From NCBI GenBank assembly GCA_964016885.1, contig OZ024744.1, positions 38,998,001 to 39,062,000 of the forward strand: DNA of 64,000 nt. Direction: 5' to 3'. This document shows, piece by piece, positions 28,201-40,215 of the stretch. Positions within the stretch are counted from its first letter, which is position 1, and every line of letters starts with the position of its first letter. The notes under the pieces were generated by a model that saw only the letters and a list, made by a program, of their open reading frames with translations, had not been told where the DNA came from and ran no database searches. The stretch is from Eledone cirrhosa (taxonomy: Eukaryota). The position numbers and the translations under genes are program-made.

Positions 28201-28828
28201 TCGATCCCTAATACCTAGATTTTACTACATTCTATTTAGTACATTTCCTGTAGCATTTAAACTTTTCCACCCACCCAAAGAATTAGTAATATTCAAAATA
28301 ATCCCAATTTCTTAATTCCTTTCCTCCCTACCCACTCTACCCTACTCTTAATTTCTACCCTCTCATTTTCTGTCCTGCTCTTTATACCTTCTCTACCCTC
28401 TCGACCATACATGGTAAACATCAAAACCTTAACCCAAAGAATAATTGTTCCACATCACAACACACAGATTGATAATGTGAAACTCTTTACTTCCACTATC
28501 CTCTCCTCTGTACTATCATACTAACTTACTGTATTTTATTCTATTTTTATTGTCATTTTGATTTATTTATATTTTCTTAAACGAAAATCCCATTCTTGAA
28601 TTCTACTGCGTAGTGAATAGTCACTTCCACAATTATAAGCTTTGCATATGATTAAACAATATATATTGTAGTCAGCATATGTAGACAATTATAATTTACA
28701 CAGAAACATCTGTTAGAGCAAATAAATTCCTAATCTCCTTTCTCCCCGATGTTTATATTTTTCTTGGTGCAATATATTTATTTTTTTTCGCCTATTTTCA
28801 AAGTCCGGCAGTTGCAAGAGCAGGAGAG

Positions 28829-28872
28829 ATCGCCCTGACAAGAACCAGCTGAGTTAGAAATTTATCGACGAT
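28829..28872 (+). ncRNA. Hammerhead ribozyme, decayed (family H, repeat 1)
   Basis: atcgcc-CTGACAA-gaac..gtta-GAAA-ttta-TC-gacgat. Confidence 0.6.
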
Positions 28873-29140
28873 TGTCGCCCTTGCTTCTGCCGGGCACAGC
28901 TGTGTGGTGTTAGCTACCAGTGTGTTATTTATAGCTATGGCTTTCTAAATGTTTATTTATAAACATTCCGTATTTCTTTAGAAATACGAAATTCAAATAC
29001 ATGTTCGAAGCTAAATTCTAATCCTATTGTATTATAAGTTGAGCCAACTTATACAGCTTCATATGAAAGTGAGATTAATAACCTCAGACGAAAAATACTA
29101 TATATTTTCGCCTGTTTGGCAGTTGCAAGAGCGGGTAGAG

Positions 29141-29184
29141 ATCGCCCTGGCGAGAACCAGTTGAGTTCGAAATGCATCGACGAT
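29141..29184 (+). ncRNA. Hammerhead ribozyme, one core change (family H, repeat 2)
   Basis: atcgcc-CTGGCGA-gaac cagttga gttc-GAAA-tgca-TC-gacgat. Confidence 0.7.
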
Positions 29185-29350
29185 TGTTCCCTCAACTTGT
29201 CGCGTTAGCTGCCAGTATGTCATTTATAGCTATGGCTTTTTAAATGCTTATTTGTAAACATACCATATTTCTTTAGAAATACGAAATTCAAATACATACT
29301 TGTATACAGCTATGTTCGAAGCTAAATTCTAATATATATATATATATACA

Positions 29351-29575
29351 CGTTAGGTAATTCCGAAGGAAAGCAAAGGAAAAAAGAGTGCTCTATGTAT
29401 AGAACAGAGCTATTTAATTAGAAAGTAAACAACACAAAATATAACTACTCCATTACCAAATGTTTCTGGATGTTATCTCTGTCTGACAACCGATCCAGAC
29501 GCATATCATTATCGTCTGTGATCCAGAAACCTTTGGTAATGGAGTAGTTATATTTTGTGTTGTTAACTTTCTATT
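29351..29575. mobile_element. Fold-back PLE tail fragment related to family E (3' half of HHR in both arms)
   Basis: GAAA-cctttgg-TA-atggag in inverted arms; tail agctctgtt..catagagcactctttt matches 22345-22375. Confidence 0.65.
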
Positions 29576-29741
29576 TGACGGGAACGAAATGATTGGTTTT
29601 CTAGTCTCCCGCCACCACGTAAAATTTGTAAATCGGTGGCTAGTCGAGTGTCATATCGGGTACCAGTTGTTAATCGCTTTACCGTGTCGGTTGGGCTGGT
29701 GTTTGGATTCTGTCGATCGATTGGTTATTGATTAGGCGATA

Positions 29742-29851
29742 CCCGCTGATGAAGCCGCATAAGCCGATTGTGGATTGTTGCATAATATATACAGACGGAT
29801 GGTGCAGTGCACCTTACTGATGCATTAGTGCGGACGAAACATGAGTCCGGG
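29742..29851 (+). ncRNA. Type I hammerhead ribozyme with ~80-nt stem II (family I)
   Basis: cccg-CTGATGA-agccgca...tgcggac-GAAA-catgag-TC-cggg. Confidence 0.75.
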
Positions 29852-30024
29852 AACTATTATAGGCACCCGTTTTACGTGTGCTGTATTGAAGCAAATAACT
29901 ATGTGTATACTCTGGGAATGTATCTTACATTACCCATGGAGTACGCTGAGATACAACCGGTCCTGGCATTGATAAATATGCTGGGCTCGTCAACTCCTTA
30001 TTATAAATATATATATATATATAT

Positions 30025-30169
30025 AACAAAGGAAGTGTGGTAAGGAACCAGGTGGACCATAACACACTAGAGTACTCAATACTTAGGGTAGTAGAGTGGG
30101 TAATAGGAAAATGTTCAAGACCCCGACGGCAGAGCTCAAACCGTTTCGACTAGTCCAGAAATAGCCGTC

Positions 30170-30172
<3 letters not shown>
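30025..30172 (-). mobile_element. Family C PLE tail between (TA)n tracts
   Basis: Matches 45405-45540. Confidence 0.8.
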
Positions 30173-30219
<47 letters not shown>

Positions 30220-30681
30220 TAGTATAATTTTATCAATATAAATATACCCATCAATTAAATTAATTTATATTCTTTTCATAGATGTATTTTTTTCACTCAC
30301 ATTCTTATCGTAAAACTTTAGTCACAGATATTTGTATTGGCATTACTATTTTATAACAGCAACTGCTTGTATACCTTTTACTGACAACCTGACCTATTTT
30401 CACCCCTAAAATAAGCTTCAATTACTACTATTTCACCATTTGGCCAATTATTAACTTTCTATTGGTTAATTCTAAACCTCTTACCAAACAGACAGAATAT
30501 ATTAGATCTTTGTTGGTTTTATTCAATGAACAAATAAAATTATTTCTGAGGTCAGCATAAGACCTATTTTTTCCCTAAAATAATCCTTCATTCATAATAT
30601 TCTTTTCCATCCAAAACTGAAATCTACCTTCCTCTACCCATAATTTAAGGTTCTTCTACTACTATATTACTATCTTGACCC

Positions 30682-31570
30682 TCAAATTGCACTTTTGTGA
30701 TGTTTTTTCTGCTTACATGGCACCGATGCTGCACATGCTGTCCATATTGAGCTCAGAATGTTCTGGAGTACAGTGTTGACATCTCCAGAGTCATAGAACT
30801 CAAGCCAGTTTGGCCGTTGCAACTCGATGCAGTAACAGTTCCAGTCTGCTTTATTCCAGTCAAAGTGAGCAGTTTGGAGATGGTTGCGGTTTTTGTTACT
30901 GCCCATGAGGGATAGATTGGCAATGATCATAGCATGATCAGAGTCACCTAAAGGTTCCTCAGTAGTAACACTAATGACCGTTTCAGGAGTAGTGGTGAAG
31001 AGTAGGTCCCAAATGTTGTCACCTCTTGTTGGGGAGGTGACTACTTGGGACCAATTCGAGTCCAGCACTAACTCAAGGAAGTCATTTGCACTTGGCGGCC
31101 AACGAAAGGTTTCCCAGTCAATCTCAGGGTGATTGAAGTCTCCTGCAATGAAAACATAAGTGGCTGTCTTCCTGGCCGCAGCTCTGAGGATATCACAAAT
31201 TTGAGTGTCCTGATGGTAATTTGGGGGACGGTAAACGACTCCAAGTAGCAGTGTTGACATGGTCATACGTATATCGCAGAAAAATATTTCCTGCTGCGAT
31301 TGGTTCAAATCAACACAAGGAATTGCCGACAAATTTGACCTAACATATACCATTACACCACCACCACCACCACGATTAATGGAGTCTTTACGAAACAAGT
31401 TGTAGCCAGTTATGCTGAAAACCCCATCACAGAGTAAGGGATGTGCCCAAGTTTCCGTGACTGTAATGAAGTCAGGGTTGATACTTTTGACGTAGGAGTC
31501 AAAAAGATGAATCTTATTTCATAGGCTCCGTGCATTAAAGGACAACAATTTGTACCTCGATTCCAGTATA
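30682..31570 (-). pseudogene. CR1/L2-like LINE ORF2 N-terminus (APE endonuclease); one stop near the start, 3'-truncated
   Basis: SFNARSL*NK..TETW..GYNLFRKD..GGGV..VYRPP..GDFNHP..WDL..SDH. Confidence 0.85.
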
Positions 31571-31604
31571 TGATTATGTGCAGGGGATGGCAGGTTGTTC
31601 TGAT

Positions 31605-32273
31605 TTAGCTTCCCAGAGTTTTTTCAGTTTTTTTATTGTCACTTGTTGTGGGTACAGTGTTTTCAGACCAGCTGGTATCTCTTTTCCATGATTCGCCAGC
31701 CTTAACAAACTTCCATATCTGCCCATCATCACGTAGGCTGAAGCTTTTATATTCTGCCGAGCTGCGGTTTAAGGAAGCTACAGCACGCAACTTTAGGCGG
31801 ATATCAGGTGGCAGACCAGGTGGAAGACCAGGGCGTGTACGGAATGCAATCCGACTTTCACGCCCAGCTTTATCTGAGGCTACAAGGTATGAACGTGCCT
31901 CAGTTGAGTTCGAAAAATACAGTCTAATTAGCCTGAGTTTCGGACCTGGTCGGCCCAAGTCTTTGGATGAACTGGCAGCGAATGCCTGAAGATCAATTAT
32001 GTCTTCTGGTACACCAATGGCAATCACTTTGTGATTTACAGATTCAGTGGCATTCTCAATGCGTCTAGGTTCAACATGAGGTACACGGAGAATTTTAAAA
32101 AAGGCACTCCGGTAAGATCCCTCATTGTGAGGTTCTACACGAACGCTTGATTTTATTCCCGCTATTTCTCGGCTTAAAGCGGAAATCATTTGCTGTATCT
32201 CCTCAAACGCCGTATTGACGGTCGATGTTTGTTGTTGTTCTTCTCCTTCAACAGGCAGGGTAGGAGAAGACAC
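31605..32273 (-). CDS. Putative LINE ORF1
   Basis: 222-aa ORF directly upstream of the APE; coiled-coil N-terminus, IGVPE and RLIRLYF motifs typical of CR1/Jockey-group ORF1. Confidence 0.6.
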   Translation of the reverse strand: MSSPTLPVEGEEQQQTSTVNTAFEEIQQMISALSREIAGIKSSVRVEPHNEGSYRSAFFKILRVPHVEPRRIENATESVNHKVIAIGVPEDIIDLQAFAASSSKDLGRPGPKLRLIRLYFSNSTEARSYLVASDKAGRESRIAFRTRPGLPPGLPPDIRLKLRAVASLNRSSAEYKSFSLRDDGQIWKFVKAGESWKRDTSWSENTVPTTSDNKKTEKTLGS

Positions 32274-33089
32274 GTCGTCGGTTGTTGTTGTTGAAAAGTA
32301 ACGGGGGAGGAAGACATGGGTTGCTGTTGTTGATGAACTCCTTCAACGGGGGTAGTAGCAGAAGCTACGGTTGGTGGGGTTTTTTTTTTTTGGTTTTTGG
32401 TTTTTGCTGTTGTTCAGGAACAATGGTAGAGGAAGACACGATCTTCGGTTTTTGTTGTTGTTGTTGTTGTTGTTCAGCAGCAATGGTAGAGGCAGACATA
32501 CAGTCCAGGCACTGAAAGGACCAATTTGTTAGCTGGACCATCTCCCAATTAGATTATATGAAGAATTATGGTTGTAAGTACATTTTATCTTATTACATTA
32601 CAACAGGTTGTAAGTATATTAATATATATATATAGATTAATAATTGTGCATGTATAATTATTATAGAAATAGAAATAAGTTACAATTATTAGTTGTTTAC
32701 ATTTCTCGTATGAGTTACGAAGGAAGTTGATTCTGCATTTTACATTAAAAAAAAAACAGGTGGTTCAAGTTGTAAGAGGAGAACAATTTGTAGATTCAAA
32801 TATTTTGTTCCAACATTGAAAATGTTTTCAGAATATTGTTAATTTAGCGAAGTTATATAGTTTATCATACGTATTATATTATAATGTTTATGTTTGCTCG
32901 ATTGAAAAGGTAAAGATAACTCCAATCTTGTTTGCTAACCGTTAAATTTGATGAATGATTTACTCACAAAATATATAGAGAAAATTATATATTATTTTGT
33001 GTGAGATTAATTTCAATTATATATTATTTTAGTCGAAAGATGTTTGCACACGTGGGTGTATTGTTTAATAGTAATAACACATCTCGTCT

Positions 33090-34610
33090 CTCCTGCATCC
33101 CTCCCACCAACACCATCATCACCACCACCACCACCAATCTCATCGGCCTCACACCACGCTTCTCCACCATCTACTTCCTTCCCCAAATCCACAAACAGTA
33201 TAACCCTGGCCACTCCATCATCTCCATTTGCAACTGTTCCACCGAACTCATCTCCGCCTGTCTCAACTCCAGCCCCCACCTCCCACCCCTAGTAGCCGCC
33301 TCCCTTCCCCGCATATCTAACCACGCGCTCTACCTCATTGGCTCCTTCATCTTTCTACTGCTCTCACCTTCTTTTCACCCTCGACATCAAATCCCTCTAC
33401 ACGGTCATCCCCACTCCGAAGGCCTATGTACCGTCCAACACTTCCTCGAACTTCACCCCTCCCCTCAACACTCCACCCTCATCCACCTTGCTGAGCTGGT
33501 CCTCAACCTCAACTGCTTTTACTTCTGGGGTGACTTCTACCAACAGTTAACCGGCATGGCCATGGGCACAAGAATGGGCCCCAAATACGCCAATCTACTT
33601 GTTGGCTACGTTGGGGCCCAAATCTTTGCCCAATACACTGCCACCATCCCGAGCTATATGTTCGGTACAGCGACGACTATACCGGCGCCACCTCACTCAC
33701 CCGAGAACAGTTAGACTCCTTTCTTTCTTTCCTCTTCTCCTTTCACCTTGCCCCCGACCGCACCACCTCCGTTCACCTCCAGGATATCTCCGTCTCCATT
33801 GACTCCCATAGTTCCCTTAACACTTCCGCCTTCAAACCCACCAACGCTCACTTCTACCTCAATTTCACCTCATACCACCTCCACTCATACCAAACACTCC
33901 ACCTCTACTCTCAATTCTTCCGCCTCTGCTCCCATTACTTTGTGGCTCAAATTTATGGCTAGATTCTTCACTCCGTAAGGTTATCCTCCTCTCTAATCAA
34001 TACCGCCTTCACCCGCGTCCGTGGTCGACCGCACCACCACCCTCACTCACACACTCGTTCCCCTACCAACCGACTCTCATTCCCCTTTACCTACCAGCCC
34101 TCCACCTTTCCCCATAGAGGACGGTACTCCGGCTCTCTCACCACCTGTGATCGGCACCCTCCATTTCCCCTTCGACCCCTCCCCTCCTTCAAGCGTGCAC
34201 GCAACCTCCGAAATCTCCTAGCCCACAACTCTCTTTCCTTCAAACTCCTTCTCCGGATCCCACTCTTGCTCCTGATCCCGCGTCCATACATGCAACTTCA
34301 TCACCAACACCATTACCCTCCGTGAACCCAGCGGCCAATCCTTCCGAGTCAGGGTCTCCTTCAGCTGCACCTCCACCAGCCTTGTACGTGGGCTCCGCTG
34401 CAAGCAATGCGAGGTCGTCTACGTTTGACAAACCAGTCGAGTAGCATCTCCAGGACAGCTAGGCATCGAGTCTGTGGTCAGCTAGGCATTTCCGCTCTGC
34501 CGAACACTCCACCAAACACCTCACTGTTTTTGGCCTCATTGCTTGCTCCTAAGCCTTCGACATAGGTCTGAAAACAGAGCAGCAGATTATTTGAACGGCC
34601 CTAATTCACC
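33090..34610 (+). pseudogene. Degenerate C-rich PLE (Neptune-like) RT + GIY-YIG
   Basis: IYFLPQIHK, TLDIKSLYTVIP, YQQLTGMAMGTRMGPKYANL, FSCTSTSLV..LRCKQCEVVYV. Confidence 0.8.
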
Positions 34611-35396
34611 ACCCCACTTCCTTTAGACTTTCTCCTCACCCTCCTCCCATCCACTCTCATACAAATTCACGCGCACTACTACTTCACCATTGCACACCAA
34701 CACCACTAATTAATTAGTTACTCCTATACGACCTTGATATACATTTCATCCCACTAACGGTTTTAAATAACTATCAGACCAGTCTCACACAACAACTAAT
34801 TAACTAACTCTTCTAACTACATTCACTACTCTCCTTTACCACCAATACACATGTGTGTGTGTGTAGACCATCCCTGGTTGTGTACACTTGGCGGTATAAC
34901 CCAGTCATGAATCTCCTATTCGATGCCTTACAAATATAAGGTAGCACTGTTAATCCAAGGAAAAATAATGCACGGCCGTTTTCCACGTGTTTTCCTGAAG
35001 GAGGAGGAAAAAAAGTGCCAAGGAAAAAAAGTGCCAAGGAAAAAAAGTGCCAATGCCTGGAATATACAAGCTCACCTGAATACACGCTAGTATTCTGAAG
35101 CCATATTGTTATAACACCACAACACCCTGATCGTATGACATAGTCTAACTCGATAAAAAAAGTCCTGATAGTTGAGCTGACTGTGCCTTGAGAAAGCAAT
35201 ACGTAATGGGTTCGTGAAAAAAAGTACCTAAAGTACGAAGAACTAAAGGAATCGTTTGATAGTCGAGGATGGCAGTGTTTATTGCTTTAAGCTGAGTTGT
35301 GGCTAGATCCACTCGGATGACATTAAACTTGGAAATGAGAGTAAAGAGCTGATTCAAGAACTTAAGACGGAGGCATAAAACGCTTCATTATGTACG

Positions 35397-36252
35397 CTAG
35401 CAGAAAAACCACCCTCGGGTGGTTTTCTGCTAGCATGTGTAGTGTGTATATTGATATTATACGCAAGTATATATACATGTAGATATGATACATCAAATAA
35501 AATCGTAATTGACAATATACACACAAATTGAACAAAGTCTATGTTACACTGTCTTATGTAATCAGTAACGTAATCCATGATACGTTTAAAAAAAGACGAT
35601 ATTATATATAAACTGCATTAGGAGAAAATTAGCGACGGAAATATATGCTATTATAAGTGTTATAATATAACGGCCGCTAACCGGAAGTGTTGACATTTGA
35701 AAGTTTTAAAGAAATAAATCTTTAAATAAGCTATAAAATATATTTAATCAACAGCCACGAAATTTAGCACATAAATTATGTAATATTCATTCATTATTTA
35801 TTCAAAGTAGTTCAAATGAGTTCAAATCCCGCCGAGGTTAACTTTGCCTTTCATCCTTACGGGGTCGATAAAATAATGTACCAGTAATGTACTGGGTAAT
35901 TGCTGGCCTTGTGCCTAAAGTAGAAACAATTATTTATTCAAAGTAGATAAAATAAAGTACCAGTAATGTACTGGATAATTTTCTGGCCTTGTGCCTAAAA
36001 TAGAAACAATTATTTATTCAAAGTAGGACGGTAGATTGGCAGTATCAGCAGAGGGTCGGACAACATGCTTTGCAGCATAGAGTTATGGTCCTTTATGGTC
36101 TGAGTTCAAATCCCACCGAGGTTAACTTTGCTGGCCTTGTGCCAAATATAGAAACAATTATTTATTCAAAGTAATTCAACTTATTTTACAAACGGGGTAA
36201 ATAAAAATATTCTGGACGCAGTCCCGCACTCCTTTCTTTATTATAGTTAAGA
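35397..36252 (-). mobile_element. Probable non-autonomous Helitron
   Basis: Minus-strand 5' A|TCTTAACTATAATAAAG; 3' hairpin cagaaaaccacc cgag ggtggtttttctg followed by CTAG. Confidence 0.6.
35795..36172 (+). mobile_element. Tandem cluster of three SINE pieces separated by one repeated target sequence
   Basis: attatttattcaaagta occurs four times, framing SINE fragments of different lengths. Confidence 0.8.
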
Positions 36253-37043
36253 TGCCGAAATCATTTAAGTGAATGATGTGAGTGGTTACCACAGCATCAC
36301 GATTCTGGTGATAGCAGTATGGGTAACAAGGAAACCCTTGCTACAGAGTGGTTCATAAGGCCCGTAATTTCCCTGGTAGCATCAAAGCTATGTCACAGCC
36401 GGCGGGGACAATAGTGTCGACAGCAAATTAAGCAAATGTCCCGCAGTGCAAGCTGTAAACAAGCACGCATACACACACTATTATATCACATGAATGATAT
36501 ATATATATATAGGAATGAAAAATGGCGTGCTGTGTTGTTGCAAATGTGATTCATATGAAGTAAAAATTAAAAAGAGAAGCCAGGACTATCCTTCATCAGT
36601 GATCTACTAGCCATCATAGGTATTTCTTGCATTAAAGACCAGATACCTCAGGCTAGCGCGAACAATAACTAAAATAAGTTATTGGGATAAAAAGAATTGG
36701 GGGGAGAAAGAGAGACAGGTGAACAAACAAGAATGGAAAATGAGAAAATCAAGTCAGTCATTCATTTGAATATAAGAACTTGCGAACATTGACGAGAAGA
36801 CGAAAGACCATCAGTGCCGTGCGAAAAGTGAGCGAGAAATGAATTTCGAACGGTGCCGGACGTTGGAGGAAGTGAGAGAGGGTGAGTAGCAGAGAGTGAG
36901 TGAGTGAGTGAAAGTGTGAGGAAGAGGCTAGCCGACAGAGGGTGACTAGCAGAGGGGGAGAATGAAAGTAAGACGGAGAAGGAGAGAGAAAGAGGATAAC
37001 AGTAAGGGAAGAGAAAAAGCCGGCTTCTCTTTTTAATTTTTAC

Positions 37044-37094
<51 letters not shown>

Positions 37095-37205
37095 GTTCGT
37101 ATATGTATAATAAAGCCAAAACAATGCAGGTATGAACATAGAATAAAGAATGCAAATGCAAAAGATATTGTTGACAATTAGTCTTTTACCTTAGATTTAT
37201 TTAAA

Positions 37206-37246
37206 TGTCCCTAATTTTCGAGATAATATCTCTTCTTCGGAGGGAA
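37206..37246 (-). ncRNA. Minimal hammerhead variant, CCGAAGA core (family J)
   Basis: ccct-CCGAAGA-agagatattatctc-GAAA-at-TA-gggac. Confidence 0.65.
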
Positions 37247-37564
37247 GTAAATCGGTTAAACCAGTGTTCTAAATAGCTTGCCAAGTCATGCTGACAGGAA
37301 ATGGTATAGAGTATCTGTTCTATCTTTAATGTCAAAGAGTTAAGGTTAGGTGGATAAAAAGTAGTCTCCCTTTAAAAGGGTTATTTTTGTACATGCCTGT
37401 TTAAGTGTGTGGGAGAATGCATGAAGGTGTAAGTATGTGAGTGTGTGTGTGTGAGTGTGATAAGATATGTCTATACGTAAATGTGGGGGATAGATGTTAT
37501 CTCGCGTTAGAACTGGTCTTTGTGTGTCTATGTGTGTGTGTGAGAGAGAATAAGTGGAGGTGTA

Positions 37565-37631
<67 letters not shown>

Positions 37632-38653
37632 GCGTGGGGGGGGGGGGGGGGGTAAATATGGGGCTAGATGCTCTATCAAGTTATGAATTGGGTGTTGAGT
37701 TCTAGCCTATTATTGATTGGTGGTTGTGTTTTTTCTATAATTAATGCTTCCTTAATTCTAAGATTGCCGAGGTTTCTTTCCTTAGTTTCTATCCTAACTG
37801 TTATGGTTTTGTCGGTGTTTTTGCATTTAACTAGGTGTTTCTTAAATGAGGAAGCGTTAGTATTGAGGTGTTCTTTTATTCTAATGTGGAGTGGTCTGGT
37901 GGTGCTACCTACGTAGAAGTTGCTGCATTTGTCACACTCTAGTCTGTATACGACGTAAGCCTGGTGGCATAGGTCTGTGTAGTTGATGGGGCAGTTGGCT
38001 AGCCTGCAGCAGTTGTCATGTCTGGTGGAGTGTCTTTTGGTTAGCTGTCCGCGTAGAGAAGGACCTGAGTGGGCCAGTTGGATATCTAGTCCCTCTCGTC
38101 TGATAGCTCTGCGGATGGCTGTTGTTGTTTCGTCACTGAAGTGTGGGAGCTTCAGGAAGCAAGTGTTAGTGCCTCGGGCGTGGTGTCCTCTGTTCTTTCT
38201 GGCACGGTTTGTGGTGGATGTCGTGTATCCGTTCTGTTTGAGTACTTCCAGGAAATGTGTGGTGCGTGTGTCTCGGTCTCTAGCGTCGGTGCATTTGTTC
38301 CCGATACGTGTTAGTTCGTTCCTTATGTATCCGAACTTAGCACCGGCTGGGAGGGCCGATCTGAAATGTACGAACAGGTCCCTGCTGGCGGCTTTTTTAT
38401 AGAAGCAGGTGGGATGTTGCCTTCCTCTGTTACCCTGAGTTGGAAGTCCAGTAGGGATAGGGATCCGCGGTCATCGGGGTGTTCCATGCTGAACTTTATA
38501 CAGGCGTCCATGCTGGAGAATGTTGTGTATATTTTATCTGCCTCCTCACGGGATGATTATACATATACAAACGTTTATACCTCATTACACAATGCTTCAA
38601 GTGAACTATAACTTCCTCCTTTCCTTACGCCTGAGCCAGGCCCAGTTCACAAC

Positions 38654-38694
38654 TGTCCTCCGAAGAAGAGATATTATCTCGAAAATTAAGGACA
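38654..38694 (+). ncRNA. Minimal hammerhead variant, CCGAAGA core (family J)
   Basis: tgtcct-CCGAAGA-agagatattatctc-GAAA-at-TA-aggaca; perfect 6-bp stem I; AAUU stem III can form only as a dimer. Confidence 0.75.
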
Positions 38695-39004
38695 TTTAAA
38701 TAAATCAAAGGTAAAAGACTAACTGTCAACAATATCTTTTGCATTTGTCCATACCTGCATTGTTTTGGCTTTATTATACATATACAAACGTTTATACCTC
38801 ATTACACAATGCTTCAAGTGAACTATAACCTCCTCCTATATATATATATATATTTAAAAGAATAGAGGTGTAACACACGAGTTGTGATATATTGGTAAAA
38901 GGAAAAGGAAATGCTGACAAATTGTTCCCAGTGAAAAATAGTTTAATTAGGAATAAGCAAAAATTAGTAATAAGTATTGGTTAGTATTCAGTTTTAGTTT
39001 TAAG

Positions 39005-39043
39005 TTTTTACCGGTTGCGCATTTCTAATGCTTTTCAAAAATA
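39005..39043 (-). ncRNA. Hammerhead-like variant (UUGAAAA/GCAA; family K)
   Basis: ttt-TTGAAAA-gcatt aga aatgc-GCAA-ccgg-TA-aaa; identical copy at 44982-45018 (+). Confidence 0.5.
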
Positions 39044-39426
39044 ATTTTGAGATAGAGCGCCCGTGATGTTTGCTCTAATCTGATTAGTTTTGGAAATTCT
39101 ACCTGTTTTATGTGAAAAAAGTGGCTCCAGAGGTATTAAAATAAGTTTCACGCCAATTCGTGTTGCAAAAATTCTTGTGGTCAAAACAATTTTGATTGGT
39201 CGCTAGAGGTCACGTGAATGCTAAAAATTGATTTTGCGCCAATTGTAGGTTTGTCGAAGAGTGTCCTTTTTCGCCTGATTGAGAAGTCACTGAAAAATAA
39301 GTCTTTTAAGACAAATATGTGTGTGTGTGTAGTAAAGAGGTTCATTGTTGTGATAATTGTCAGTAGTGATGTGTGTGAATTGCAGTCATGTTGAAAGGTC
39401 AACAGTTCAGGTGCCTATTAAAACAA

Positions 39427-39538
<112 letters not shown>

Positions 39539-40215
39539 CAGAGTAATTCGTGGTAGAGGGATCGGTCAGTAGGAATGTGTCTGTACGTGTGTCGGGGATA
39601 TTTTAACATGTTGAAAGATATTTTACAGCTCTTGTCTTATACGGAGAAGTGAGTGTGTGTGTGTGTATAAGTCTCTTTGTATGTTAGTGTACGCGTGTGT
39701 ATGTGTGTATGTGTGTGTATATATATATATATGTGTGTGTGTGTATATGTGTGTATGTGTGTGGGGTAGACCAGTATTTTTGTGATACTGGTAAAAATGG
39801 TGTACATTATTCGATATTTTCAGCAAAAACGATTCTCTCAAGAGAACATCAATAACATCAATAATAAAAGGGGTGAAATGACATATAGTATTGTCATAAC
39901 ACCAAGGTGTGTGTGAGTGTCCAGATTGTACGTACTGCAAGAGGAATCCATTAGGCCCTGCCGTATTGGAATACTTGTGTACAAATATGTATGTGCCCAT
40001 CAGTGTGCAATGCATGTGTGCGTATATGTATGTGTGTGTGTCGGCACGTCTATATCTATAGACATCAAAAGGTATGCACATTTGTCTATATTTGTGTTGC
40101 ACCATAGAACATCTGTGTTTACGTATGTCATTGTGTTTATATGTGGATAGAGATGTATGTAGGATTTATGCTGATGTAGGTATGTATGTTGACGTGTGTA
40201 TGTTGTGGGTTCGTC

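Larger units (their letters stand above)
37090..38838 (-). mobile_element. 5'-truncated PLE (RT end + GIY-YIG) with inverted pLTR
   Basis: Minus-strand VVYRLECDKCSNFYVGSTTRPLHIRIKEH..IKEAL..IN; 37090-37245 inverted at 38654-38795; (TA)n on both sides. Confidence 0.85.

Noticed and set aside
36551-37050. CTGATGA-aggatagtcct (minus) with a short inverted repeat to 37021-37050
   Set aside because: GAAA half absent; may be a deleted pLTR but cannot be supported
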